NCBI GenBank assembly: GCA_965223665.1
Contig: OZ245011.1
Coordinates: forward strand, 3,296,001-3,360,000
Length of the DNA: 64,000 nucleotides
Source: Nitrospinaceae bacterium
GTDB taxonomy: Bacteria; Nitrospinota; Nitrospinia; Nitrospinales; Nitrospinaceae
Direction of reading: 5' to 3'
A program made the translations under genes and the position numbers. The notes below the pieces were generated by a model that was not told the origin of the DNA, did no database searches, and saw only the letters and a program-made list of their open reading frames with translations. This document shows positions 50,711-60,237 of this stretch, piece by piece; position 1 is the first letter of the stretch; every line of letters begins with the position of its first letter.

Positions 50711-52096
50711 ATGAATTTAACAAATCAGAGAGATATGGCAAATAAGCGTTTGCGCCCTTGTATAGAGAGAAAGATTTTACATATTGATATGGATGCATTT
50801 TTTGTATCGGTAGAGCAGGTGTTGGATCCCTCTTTAAAAGGGAAGCCGGTGATAGTTGGCGGCCTGGGGGGACGTGGTGTGGTTTCGGCGGCTTCTTATG
50901 AAGCGCGATCCTATGGAGTGCACTCAGCAATGCCCATGACACGAGCGCGACGTTTATGTCCGCAAGCTATTTTTCTCAGTGGTTCTCACGGTAAATATAG
51001 TGAGTTTTCTGCACGTATTTTTGAAATCTTAGATCGTTATTCACCGTTAGTTGAACCGATGTCTTTGGATGAGGCTTACCTTGACTTGACCGGTTGCGAA
51101 CGGTTGCAGGGTCCAATATTAAAGGCAGCAACGCGTCTTCACAATGAAATTCAAGAACGTGTTGGTATCAATGCATCTATTGGTATTGCCTCGAATAAAC
51201 TCATGGCAAAAGTGGCATCCAACTTGGCAAAGCCTAACGGAATGTTGCGTGTGTTGCCGGGACAGGAGGAACGGTTTCTGGCACCATTTCCAATTAAGTG
51301 TATCCCTGGCATTGGACCTAAAATGGCGACTCAATTGAAACGTATGGGAATCCAGAAAGTGAGTCAATTAGCATTGCTGTCGTGTGAGTTGTTAGAAAAA
51401 GCTTATGGGATATGGGGCAGAGGTTTATATGAAAGAGCGCATGGTATTTGCCGATCCCCAGTATTAAAGCGAGAAGAAACTCGATCTATCAGCCATGAGA
51501 CGACTTTGAAAGAAGACTCAGAAGACCCGCAATTTTTGGAATCGAAACTTAGTTATCTTGTAGAAAAAGCTGGATCGCGCTTGCGCGCATCGATCTTGCG
51601 TGCACGTTGCGTTACGCTCAAACTGCGTTATTCCGATTTTAAGACAGTCACTCGTTCTTTTACTTTGACTCAACCAGTGGACGAGGATTATGTGATTTTA
51701 CAAACCGTATTGGGCTTATTTCGAAAGTCGTTTACTCGACGAACTCGTGTTCGATTGTTAGGAGTGGCATTGACGTCGTTATCAGAAGTGACGGGGAGAA
51801 TTGCTCAGCGCGGAACTAACAGCCCTGGTTTGATGATGCAGGAAGAGCTTCAATTGGGAAGGGAAGAGTTGATTCGTCACCCTCTACCAGAAGTACAGAT
51901 TCGAGAAGAGAGTTCCAGCCAAACTGAAGAGATTTTGCATGCGATTAGAAATTCTCTCTCTCAAAGAGGGGCGCAGATGGAATTGTTTGAGTCTTTGGAA
52001 GATCAACGCTGGCAAAAGTTATATGCAGGAATTGATGGCATTCGTAAAAAATACGGCTTCCGTTCTATTTTACGCGCTTCCAGTCGATGGAATTGA
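50711..52096 (+). CDS. dinB: DNA polymerase IV
   Basis: HIDMDAFF, SYEAR, SLDEAYLD, KPNG, VRLLGV; clamp-binding-like QMELF. Alternative start at 50735. Confidence 0.93.
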   Translation: MNLTNQRDMANKRLRPCIERKILHIDMDAFFVSVEQVLDPSLKGKPVIVGGLGGRGVVSAASYEARSYGVHSAMPMTRARRLCPQAIFLSGSHGKYSEFSARIFEILDRYSPLVEPMSLDEAYLDLTGCERLQGPILKAATRLHNEIQERVGINASIGIASNKLMAKVASNLAKPNGMLRVLPGQEERFLAPFPIKCIPGIGPKMATQLKRMGIQKVSQLALLSCELLEKAYGIWGRGLYERAHGICRSPVLKREETRSISHETTLKEDSEDPQFLESKLSYLVEKAGSRLRASILRARCVTLKLRYSDFKTVTRSFTLTQPVDEDYVILQTVLGLFRKSFTRRTRVRLLGVALTSLSEVTGRIAQRGTNSPGLMMQEELQLGREELIRHPLPEVQIREESSSQTEEILHAIRNSLSQRGAQMELFESLEDQRWQKLYAGIDGIRKKYGFRSILRASSRWN

Positions 52097-53253
52097 AAAC
52101 TATGGGAGAAATTGATTGGAAAGCATGGCGAAAGGAATTTCCGGTAACTCAAAATCAGATATATTTAGATCATGCGAGAGTGGCACCTTTACCCCAAAGG
52201 GTACAAAATAAAATATCCACGTTTACACAGCAAGCTTGTCAGCAGGGAACGGTTCATTATCAACAATGGATGCAAGAAATAGAAGAAGTCCGTAAAAGCT
52301 TTGCCCGTCTCATAAATGCTAAATCTAGCGAAATCGCCTTTATAAAAAATACTTCTGAGGGGATTTCTATTATTGCCAACGGAATAAAGTGGAAGAACGG
52401 CGATAATGTCGTTATACCTAACATAGAATTCCCGGCTAATGTATATCCTTGGATGAATTTAGAGCGATTAGGTGTAGAAGTAAGGTTTGTTAAAGCGGTC
52501 CGTGGTTGTATTCCGTATGAGCAAATTATTGCCCAAATAAATCATCGCACCCGGATTTTATCAATCAGCTCTGTAGAGTTTAATAGTGGCTTTCGGAATA
52601 ACTTAAAAAAATTGGGCGAATTTTGTAGAAAAAAAGGAGTGTTTTTTTGTGTGGATGGGATACAATCACTTGGCATTGTGCCGATAGATGTAGAAGAAAA
52701 TCAAATTGATTTTCTTGCGGCAGATGGCCATAAATGGTTATTAAGTGTGGAGGGATTAGGGGGGCTTTACATCTCTTCAAGAGTATTGGAGCATATTCAC
52801 CCGATCATGGTAGGTTGGGATAGTGTGGTCAACTCACGTGATTATACTCAATACGATTTTACACTTAAACCCGATTCGAGAAAATTTGAAGGAGGAAGCT
52901 TCAACACCATGGGAATCCATGCATTTGGAGCAGCGCTTTCAATTTTTCATGAAATTGGTGTTGAACCAATTTTGAATCGGGTTCTAAGTTTGGGTGATTA
53001 CGTAATTGATCAACTTAAAGCGCGTGGATTAAAGATATTAAGTTCCACAAAAGAAAGTGAGCGTTCTGGAATTATATGTTTCAAGATAGAAGGAGATTTA
53101 GAAAAGTTTTCCCGATTCCTTGAAAACCGGAAAGTTACGGTTTCTGTTAGAAATAGTTTTATCCGAGTATCGCCTCATTTTTATAATTCGCAAGAAGAGG
53201 TTGAGCATTTTTTCCATTATTTGGATGAGTTCTTAAAGGAATCGCGAGTATAG
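52087..53253 (+). CDS. Class V PLP-dependent aminotransferase / C-S lyase family protein
   Basis: YLDHA, NTSEG, VDGIQS, DGHKWL, RVSPHFYN; no desulfurase Cys loop seen. Alternative start at 52102. Confidence 0.85.
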   Translation: MELKTMGEIDWKAWRKEFPVTQNQIYLDHARVAPLPQRVQNKISTFTQQACQQGTVHYQQWMQEIEEVRKSFARLINAKSSEIAFIKNTSEGISIIANGIKWKNGDNVVIPNIEFPANVYPWMNLERLGVEVRFVKAVRGCIPYEQIIAQINHRTRILSISSVEFNSGFRNNLKKLGEFCRKKGVFFCVDGIQSLGIVPIDVEENQIDFLAADGHKWLLSVEGLGGLYISSRVLEHIHPIMVGWDSVVNSRDYTQYDFTLKPDSRKFEGGSFNTMGIHAFGAALSIFHEIGVEPILNRVLSLGDYVIDQLKARGLKILSSTKESERSGIICFKIEGDLEKFSRFLENRKVTVSVRNSFIRVSPHFYNSQEEVEHFFHYLDEFLKESRV

Positions 53254-53256
53254 ACA

Positions 53257-53499
53257 ATGGTTTCTTCGAAAAAGAGGGGAAAAAAAATGAGGCAAGCTAT
53301 CCAAAAATTAAAATATGTTGTTCGCCATGCAGACCCTGAGTACGCCGAGGCTCTTTTAGGAATCATTAATGATTTTTATTCTACTTTAAGAATTAAACAG
53401 GGCGTAGATCAAAAAAGCTCTCATGGGGTATTAGTTCCCTTACCTAAATGTTCGCAAAAGGAAAAAGAGGACGATAAATCAAATCGCTTTACAGCATAA
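53257..53499 (+). CDS. Hypothetical protein
   Basis: 80-aa ORF directly downstream of and co-oriented with the aminotransferase. Confidence 0.4.
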   Translation: MVSSKKRGKKMRQAIQKLKYVVRHADPEYAEALLGIINDFYSTLRIKQGVDQKSSHGVLVPLPKCSQKEKEDDKSNRFTA

Positions 53500-54005
53500 A
53501 AAAATAACATTGACTTCATTTGATTTTTTAGCTGTAAAATAAAAAAATGTTTAATTCTGTAGAGTTAAACTAGTATCCTTTCAAGGTTTAATTACTCACC
53601 TCAAATATATAATCACTTATTTTATTCACTGGTATAAAAAGTTTTTCTAATTTTCAAAAATTTGGTAATTAAAGATTCTCAGTTGGGTGGGTTAAATTTT
53701 CCTGAAATCACAACCGGGCTTTTTAAATTTCATATACAATAAAAAGTCTCTGAAATAGGGTTGAATAAAGAATATAAGCTTATTGGAATATGATAGGAAT
53801 ATTGTCATAGGAGAAGGCGTCGTTTAAACTGGTTATAAATTGAAAGTTAATCCGCAATTCAACCAGAAATGGTTTTTCCTAAATTTTAAAGAAGAAAGTT
53901 TGAAATAAATTCCAGTTTTCACCCGACTAATTCAACGGTGTATAAAATTTTTGATTAACCAATTAACGAAATAAAGTTAATGGTGAAAAAAGGGGAGGAT
54001 GTTCC

Positions 54006-54635
54006 ATGAAAGTAATGAACTTGGCAAAAACATGGCTGATTTTGTTGGTACTTTTTTCCATGTTTCACGTTACTACCGTTCAAGCGTCAGCAGTTACAGA
54101 TGGATTAAAAACAACCATTGATAGTGTGATCAACGTGGTTACGGATCCTAAATACAAGGAAGACCGTAACGCACGACGTCAAAAGCTTCGAACGATAATA
54201 AGCCCTAAATTTAATTATGAGGAAATGGGGAAACGTTCTCTTGGAGCTAAATGGAAAAGTTTATCTCCTGATGAAAAAAAACAATTTCTTTCGCTATTTG
54301 AAAAGTTATTGGAAAATTCTTATGCAAGTAAAATCGAATCGTATCAGGATGAAAAAATTAATTATAATGAAGAGATAATTAAGGGGAAATATGCAATGGT
54401 CAAAACAGAAGTCGTTCGAAGAAGCGATTCTGTCGAGGTAGATTATAAATTGTTAAAAACAGAAAGTGATTGGCAGGTTTATGACTTTATTATTGCAGGT
54501 GTGAGTATGGTCCGTAATTACCGAACTCAATTTTCCAAAGTAATCCGCAAGGAATCGATAAAAGGTTTAATTGAAAAAATGAAAGAAAAAATAGATGAAT
54601 TAAATGATGGATCCATTACTGAAGAAAACCTTTAA
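54006..54635 (+). CDS. mlaC: MlaC/Ttg2D phospholipid-binding protein
   Basis: Signal peptide; LG..W..LSP, WQVYDFIIAGVSMVRNYRTQF; GGAGG RBS. Confidence 0.88.
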   Translation: MKVMNLAKTWLILLVLFSMFHVTTVQASAVTDGLKTTIDSVINVVTDPKYKEDRNARRQKLRTIISPKFNYEEMGKRSLGAKWKSLSPDEKKQFLSLFEKLLENSYASKIESYQDEKINYNEEIIKGKYAMVKTEVVRRSDSVEVDYKLLKTESDWQVYDFIIAGVSMVRNYRTQFSKVIRKESIKGLIEKMKEKIDELNDGSITEENL

Positions 54636-54712
54636 TATTATTCGTTAATTTTTTTAATCTTTAAGAGACTATTTTGGAATTCCCCCCATTGTGACTCTTA
54701 CCTTAAGTCATT

Positions 54713-55711
54713 TTGTTTATGATTGAAAGTACTTGCCCTACCCGAATTGACTTTGCTGGAGGAACTTTAGACCTTTGGCCCTTGTATTTATTTTTTGGAA
54801 ATGCTCCCACTATTAATGGGGCAATCAATTTATTTTCAAAAGTAAAAATTTATCCTCGCAAAGATAAGGCTGTAATTGTTGAGTCTAAAGATTTAAAAAT
54901 TCGAGAGCGTTTCTCTAATTTACGTTCACTTCCTGAAAAGCACCCTTTAATTTTAATTCTTAAGCTATTAAAATTTTACAATCCCATAAAGGGATTGGAG
55001 TTAATAACAGATTGCCAGGCTCCTGTTGGGTCTGGGATTGGGGGGTCATCAGCGTTAAATATTGCATTAAATGGTGGTTTAAATAGGTTCACCAAAAAAA
55101 ATCTCAATCGTGAAACTATGATTGAGGTGGCTAAAAATATTGAAACCCAGGTAATACAAGTCCCCGCTGGAACTCAAGATTATTATTCAGCCATGTTTGG
55201 GGGTATTCAAAGTATCCGCCCTGGGTTTACGGGAATTACAACAAAAAAAATTCGGTTAAATTTGAAAGATTGGTCTGATAGGTTTGTGCTTTGTTATACA
55301 GGAAAACCTCATAACTCGGGAATTAATAATTGGGCAGTTTATAAGAAAGCAATAAATGTAGATGCAAAAGTGCACAAAAGCCTATCTCGAATCGCTTCTC
55401 TATCCACTAGGATGGAAAATGTCCTAGTCAACCAAGAGGAATCAAAGTTTCCAAAGTTATTTAGTGAAGAATGGAAAGCACGAAAGGCTTTAGCTCCTGG
55501 AATAAGCACAGCCAAAATTGAACACTTAATTAAATCAGCTTCTTCCTGTGGAGCCTTGGCCGCTAAGGTTTGTGGTGCCGGTGGAGGAGGTTGTGTAGCA
55601 TTTTTTGTTCGAAAAGGCACAAAGAATAAGGTTAGTGAAATTTTACAACAACAAGGAGGGCAAGTCCTACCTATCCGTTTTGTTTCTAGTGGTTTACAAG
55701 TAACGGGTTGA
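54713..55711 (+). CDS. GHMP kinase (HddA-like sugar-phosphate kinase)
   Basis: PTRIDFAGGTLD, PVGSGIGGSS, GTQD, KVCGAGGGG. Confidence 0.85.
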   Translation: MFMIESTCPTRIDFAGGTLDLWPLYLFFGNAPTINGAINLFSKVKIYPRKDKAVIVESKDLKIRERFSNLRSLPEKHPLILILKLLKFYNPIKGLELITDCQAPVGSGIGGSSALNIALNGGLNRFTKKNLNRETMIEVAKNIETQVIQVPAGTQDYYSAMFGGIQSIRPGFTGITTKKIRLNLKDWSDRFVLCYTGKPHNSGINNWAVYKKAINVDAKVHKSLSRIASLSTRMENVLVNQEESKFPKLFSEEWKARKALAPGISTAKIEHLIKSASSCGALAAKVCGAGGGGCVAFFVRKGTKNKVSEILQQQGGQVLPIRFVSSGLQVTG

Positions 55712-55820
55712 TTCCCTACCTAATAATACTGTTAAATTCCTTTATTTTCCCTCAATAAGATAAGACTGAGTTATAATCTACCCATGCGTCTGATGATTTG
55801 CCCTTAGAGAGGGCTAAGTT

Positions 55821-56543
55821 ATGAAAAAATTTCTAACACTAAAAAATGTTTTTCTTTTAGCAGGATTTGCCATTTTAGTGGCGCTACCATTTTCTGTTTT
55901 AAATAAAACTCCAAAAATTCAAAAAGACGATACCATTAATCCCTATCCTGTACCAAAGGATCCAGCCTCAGCTCATATTCAAAAAGCATCGGAGCATTAT
56001 TTTTTCCGCGAATTTCCAGAAGCTGAAGAACATTATCGTAAAGCTATTGCACTTTATGAAGAAAGGAAGGATTTCCTTCATGTGGCAAAAACATATGAGG
56101 CTTTAGGAGATTTATATCTTTGGGCAAGGGAACCCAATGAGGCAAAAGAAAACTATTTAATTGCGGTGAAATATTTTTCCGACCAAAACAATATTTTGGG
56201 GAAGGCGAATGCCTTAAAAGAATTGGGTGACATGTTTATGGGGCTTAATGAAATTGTTGAATCTGAGAAGTGGTATAAACAAGCTTTGGAAATTTTAAAA
56301 CAAGAAAAACCTAATCGTGTTTTAGGTGCTGTTCATGAAGGAATGGGCCACTTATATTGGAAAGCTGAAAAAATTTCTCAAGCATTAGATTCTTTTTCTT
56401 TGGCTAGAGATACCTTTAAAACTTTAAATTATAATTTAGGTTACGATCATATGACTAATGTGATTGATCGATTGCAAAATGGTACAAAAGATTTGCACCC
56501 TCATGCTCTTCGAAGAGATCCTTTAACCGGTAAGCCCTATTAA
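55821..56543 (+). CDS. Membrane-anchored tetratricopeptide repeat protein
   Basis: N-terminal TM followed by four TPR-like helical repeats. Confidence 0.8.
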   Translation: MKKFLTLKNVFLLAGFAILVALPFSVLNKTPKIQKDDTINPYPVPKDPASAHIQKASEHYFFREFPEAEEHYRKAIALYEERKDFLHVAKTYEALGDLYLWAREPNEAKENYLIAVKYFSDQNNILGKANALKELGDMFMGLNEIVESEKWYKQALEILKQEKPNRVLGAVHEGMGHLYWKAEKISQALDSFSLARDTFKTLNYNLGYDHMTNVIDRLQNGTKDLHPHALRRDPLTGKPY

Positions 56544-56548
56544 TATAT

Positions 56549-57034
56549 TTGCTATTTTTAGATGTGATTAATTTTCTGAATCGAATCTATATATTTATTG
56601 GGTTAATTTTTTTAATTTCATTTAGCATCCATACAAGGGTAAATGCTGCCAATGATGAAACTTCCATCAAAGGTCCTGCTTTTGAAGCGATCTTATTGAA
56701 AAACCCTAATAGTCCAAGGTCTTCCAATCGTTTTAGCTGTTTGGAACCGATATTTCTTAAGATTACATGGCACAAAATTTACGGAAAACATGAAGCTTCC
56801 GTAATTTGGTTTAATTCCATTGGGGAAAAGCAAGAAGCCACCGAATCTCATTTCCAGGGAAAAAATGACATTGAAAAATCCTGGTTTGCCCTTGAGTTTA
56901 CCAATGTTTTCGAAAAAGAAAATTTTGCGAAGCCGAGGGAAGCGGGGAGGCAGTTTACGGGTACCTGGATGGTTAAAGTGTTTTTAGATGGGAAAATCTT
57001 GGACACTCAAAGTTTTTTTGTGGATTGTGGATAA
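56549..57034 (+). CDS. Exported hypothetical protein (Ig-like beta domain possible)
   Basis: Signal-like N-terminus; GTWMVKVFLDG C-terminal pattern. Confidence 0.55.
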   Translation: MLFLDVINFLNRIYIFIGLIFLISFSIHTRVNAANDETSIKGPAFEAILLKNPNSPRSSNRFSCLEPIFLKITWHKIYGKHEASVIWFNSIGEKQEATESHFQGKNDIEKSWFALEFTNVFEKENFAKPREAGRQFTGTWMVKVFLDGKILDTQSFFVDCG

Positions 57035-57066
57035 GGCTCTAAGAAGAATAAGTTAATTTTATTACA

Positions 57067-57375
57067 TTAATTGGTATCTATTTCCTCACCGTGGGTTTCA
57101 GAGTCTTCCTTTTTTTCTAAAAAACGTTTTTCCATTTTTCCTAAATCTTTTTTATTTTTGTTGATTTTCTTTAATAAGGTTTTAGTTTCTTGGTCCTGAA
57201 AAAGTTCATTTAAATCCAATTCCTCTTCAGGAAAAAGCAAATTCAAATCAATTTCGTCTTTGGATTCTTTATCCTCAAGATTAGGAGCTTCCTGGGGCGG
57301 GGAAGTATTCTCGTTTGATTGGCTATCCTCATTTATGGAAGTGAAGGTTTCTTCATCGGGCATGTTGGACTCCAA
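57067..57375 (-). CDS. Small acidic hypothetical protein
   Basis: Co-oriented with the pepA cluster; ATG at 57363 is a likely start. Confidence 0.5.
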   Translation of the reverse strand: MESNMPDEETFTSINEDSQSNENTSPPQEAPNLEDKESKDEIDLNLLFPEEELDLNELFQDQETKTLLKKINKNKKDLGKMEKRFLEKKEDSETHGEEIDTN

Positions 57376-57420
57376 TTAAAATTTTTTCACCATGTTACTG
57401 AAAAATTATTTTCTACTCAA

Positions 57421-58032
57421 CTAAGAAATTTCAAAGAAGGGAAGAATTTTTGGAATTAAGGCAATGGCTAACTTTCGGTCAAAGTCCAAAAGAAACTTAA
57501 GAGTTCGTTTGGCTTTATCCCAATCAGGGTTTGTTCCTTGTAAGGCTTTTTCTAAACGCTCCAATTCGAAAATTATTTCTTCTTTTTCCCGTTCATTGAA
57601 ACTCAGTTTATCTATCAGGGGTATATAGAGAGTTCTGTTAAATTCAATTCCTGAGAACGAGAAAGGTTCTTCCGGGACCCTATTTATTTTGATAGGCTCA
57701 CTGGATGCAGAAATTTTTTCTTTTAGTTGTTTGTCTTTTAATATATCTGCGACGAGATTCAGAATCTCTATTGCTAAATCAATATCGCATGTCAATGCGA
57801 TTCGATCGTTAATTTCATTTTGTTCCTCTTTTTTCTTTGAGAGAAAAAAATCGGAAGCAAAGCGGATTTCTTCAAAAGTGGGTTTCTTAGCTGGAGTATG
57901 TTCTGAAATAAACTGAGCTGTTTTAATTTTCCATGGAGAGAAATTTCGGTCATTACGGTTCCAAGCATCCGCCTTCAATGCTTCAGCTTCTTGAATTAAA
58001 GTATTTAGTTTCTTTTCCCAAGATCCTGACAT
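57421..58032 (-). CDS. Hypothetical protein
   Basis: 203-aa helical ORF in an operon-like run after pepA. Confidence 0.6.
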   Translation of the reverse strand: MSGSWEKKLNTLIQEAEALKADAWNRNDRNFSPWKIKTAQFISEHTPAKKPTFEEIRFASDFFLSKKKEEQNEINDRIALTCDIDLAIEILNLVADILKDKQLKEKISASSEPIKINRVPEEPFSFSGIEFNRTLYIPLIDKLSFNEREKEEIIFELERLEKALQGTNPDWDKAKRTLKFLLDFDRKLAIALIPKILPFFEIS

Positions 58033-58038
58033 GACTCT

Positions 58039-58521
58039 TCAGTAACGTGCTAAGTAAACTCCTAAGAAAAGGGCCATCCCAATAGTCCACATACTGGCTT
58101 GACTAAGTAAACGCATTTTTTCTAAGGTAGGGCGAACCAAGCTCTTGTTTTCGGGTCTTAAATCTAAATTGGCGATTTTGGATCTAAGTCCGAAGGTAAG
58201 ATAAGCACTGAGAAAAAATGCAATTACCGCAAAAATTAATTTTATCCCAAGGACATTGTAGTAACCATCCTTAAGGTTTACTTGATCCGTATAATTTTCC
58301 ATTAAGTAGTAGATGCCCGATCCAACTAATAAAAGAACACAAACAAAAATAGTAGGGGCAAGCGTTTCCATCATTTTATAAATTATCGAGTTTTCATCTA
58401 GAGTTTGTTGAGAGGCATTTTTTTCTATTTTAGGAAGTAATAACAAAAGGCAAAACACCGACGCTCCAACTCCAATGGACGCCGATAACAAATGGACAAA
58501 AATTATAATGGAGTTTTGCAT
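58039..58521 (-). CDS. CopD/DUF4149-like four-TM membrane protein
   Basis: HLLSA..GVG first helix, GSGIY, LGIKL motifs. Confidence 0.6.
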   Translation of the reverse strand: MQNSIIIFVHLLSASIGVGASVFCLLLLLPKIEKNASQQTLDENSIIYKMMETLAPTIFVCVLLLVGSGIYYLMENYTDQVNLKDGYYNVLGIKLIFAVIAFFLSAYLTFGLRSKIANLDLRPENKSLVRPTLEKMRLLSQASMWTIGMALFLGVYLARY

Positions 58522-58525
58522 AAAT

Positions 58526-60049
58526 TTAAAGATTTCTTAAATAGTTTATTAGAAGTCTAACCCCGTATCCTGATCCTCCCTTGGGAACATAGGGCTTTTC
58601 TTGACTGGTCCAGGCGGTACCCGCAATATCCAAATGTGCCCAGGGAAAATCCCCAACAAATGGTTTTAAAAATGCTGCGGCTGTTATGGTGCCAGCCCCC
58701 ACTCCAGGACTCCCTATATTTTTTAAGTCTGCAATATCGCTCTTTACAGCTTTTTCAAATTCATCGTAAAGAGGTAGTTGCCAAACACGTTCGCCCACCG
58801 TGTTGCCGCACTGAATTAGTTTTTGAATTAATTTTTCATCACTTCCAACTACCGCGCTTGCTACATGACCTAATGCAACAATACATGCGCCAGTTAGGGT
58901 GGCTAAATCAATGATAGCTTTGGGTTTGTATTTTTGGGCATATACTAAGGCATCAGCCAATATCAGTCGGCCTTCCGCATCGGTGTTTAGCACTTCAATG
59001 GTTTTGCCATTTGAAGCTTTAAGAATATCGCCAGGTTTTAGAGCAGAACCTCCAGGCATATTTTCCGTAGCAGGAATTATTCCAATAACATTGACAGGAA
59101 GCTTTAAGCTGGCAGCTGCTTGTAATGTTCCAATTGTTACAGCTCCACCGGACATGTCGAACTTCATTTCATCCATGTTGGCCCCTGGTTTTAGAGAGAT
59201 GCCTCCAGTATCAAATGTAATGCCTTTGCCCACAATAGCTATAGGAGCTTGTTTTTTCTTTCCCCCAAAGTATTCCAGTACTATAAATTTGGGAGGTTCA
59301 TGAGAACCTTTGGCGACTCCCAATAAGGAACCCATTTTTTCTTTTTCCATTGTTTCTTTATTTAAAACTTTACAGGTGAATTTATATTTTTTAGCTATTT
59401 TTTTTGCAGTATCTGCTAAATAGGTTGGAGTTGCTTTATTACTTGGATGGTGCATAAGATCTCGCGTGCTTATTACCGCATCACATAATAACTGTGCCGA
59501 TTCTATGCCTTTTTTTATCGAAGCTACTTTTGCCTTAGCAGGTGTGATTAAGGTAATAGTTTCGATTCGACTAGGAGGGTTATCTTCGTCAAGAGTTTTA
59601 TATTCATCGAAATGGTATAAACCAAGTAAGGCCCCTTCAATTAGTGCGGATGCAACAGGATTTCCCAATTTGCTTTTCCCTGATTTGGAGATTTTGTTAA
59701 ATTCAGAGTCACCCAAATAAAAAGATATTGAGTTAAATTTTAATTTCTCAGCTACCTTGGCCGAAGTTCCGGCAGTTTGTCGAACTTTTTCTTCATTTAA
59801 ATCCTTGAGGGTACCTAATCCAACGAGAATTAAATTTTCAGCTTCAAATACACATTTGGCACTAAAGGAAATGGTTTGGTTGAGTTTACCTTCAAACCGT
59901 TTCGATTCCATAGCTGCACTAATGGCACCATTAAATCGATCATCAATAGTTTTGATTAATCCAGAAGGTTTTTTTTGAGGGCAAAATATTACAAGGCAAT
60001 CTGCTTTATGATCCAAAGCATTCGAAGCGACAACATTTATTTTTTTCAT
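58526..60049 (-). CDS. pepA: Leucyl aminopeptidase (M17)
   Basis: VGKGITFDTGGISLK, MKFDMSG, NTDAEGRL, HLDIAGT. Confidence 0.96.
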   Translation of the reverse strand: MKKINVVASNALDHKADCLVIFCPQKKPSGLIKTIDDRFNGAISAAMESKRFEGKLNQTISFSAKCVFEAENLILVGLGTLKDLNEEKVRQTAGTSAKVAEKLKFNSISFYLGDSEFNKISKSGKSKLGNPVASALIEGALLGLYHFDEYKTLDEDNPPSRIETITLITPAKAKVASIKKGIESAQLLCDAVISTRDLMHHPSNKATPTYLADTAKKIAKKYKFTCKVLNKETMEKEKMGSLLGVAKGSHEPPKFIVLEYFGGKKKQAPIAIVGKGITFDTGGISLKPGANMDEMKFDMSGGAVTIGTLQAAASLKLPVNVIGIIPATENMPGGSALKPGDILKASNGKTIEVLNTDAEGRLILADALVYAQKYKPKAIIDLATLTGACIVALGHVASAVVGSDEKLIQKLIQCGNTVGERVWQLPLYDEFEKAVKSDIADLKNIGSPGVGAGTITAAAFLKPFVGDFPWAHLDIAGTAWTSQEKPYVPKGGSGYGVRLLINYLRNL

Positions 60050-60237
60050 ATGTAAAATTCCTTCATTCCCTAATTTATATGGGTATTTTCAAATTTGTGG
60101 AAGGGTAAGCAGTTTTTGGAGAAACCTCGGGTTCTCAGTTGATTCTCATCATTCTAAGGAAAAAATTGTGGCCAAACAAGGGGAAAGTCTATTCATCAAT
60201 TCCAAATTTGAAGGGTTATATTTAAATATTAAGTTCT

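Noticed and set aside
46386-53253. Ergothioneine (egtB/egtE) cluster from the FGE-domain and class V PLP genes
   Set aside because: The FGE protein is an exported lipoprotein lacking the EgtB DinB-like iron domain, the genes are about 5 kb apart, and no egtD is seen.
53500-54005. ncRNA in the 500-bp gap before mlaC
   Set aside because: AT-rich with only promoter-like hexamers and a weak CTGGTT/AACCAG pairing; no convincing structure or ORF.
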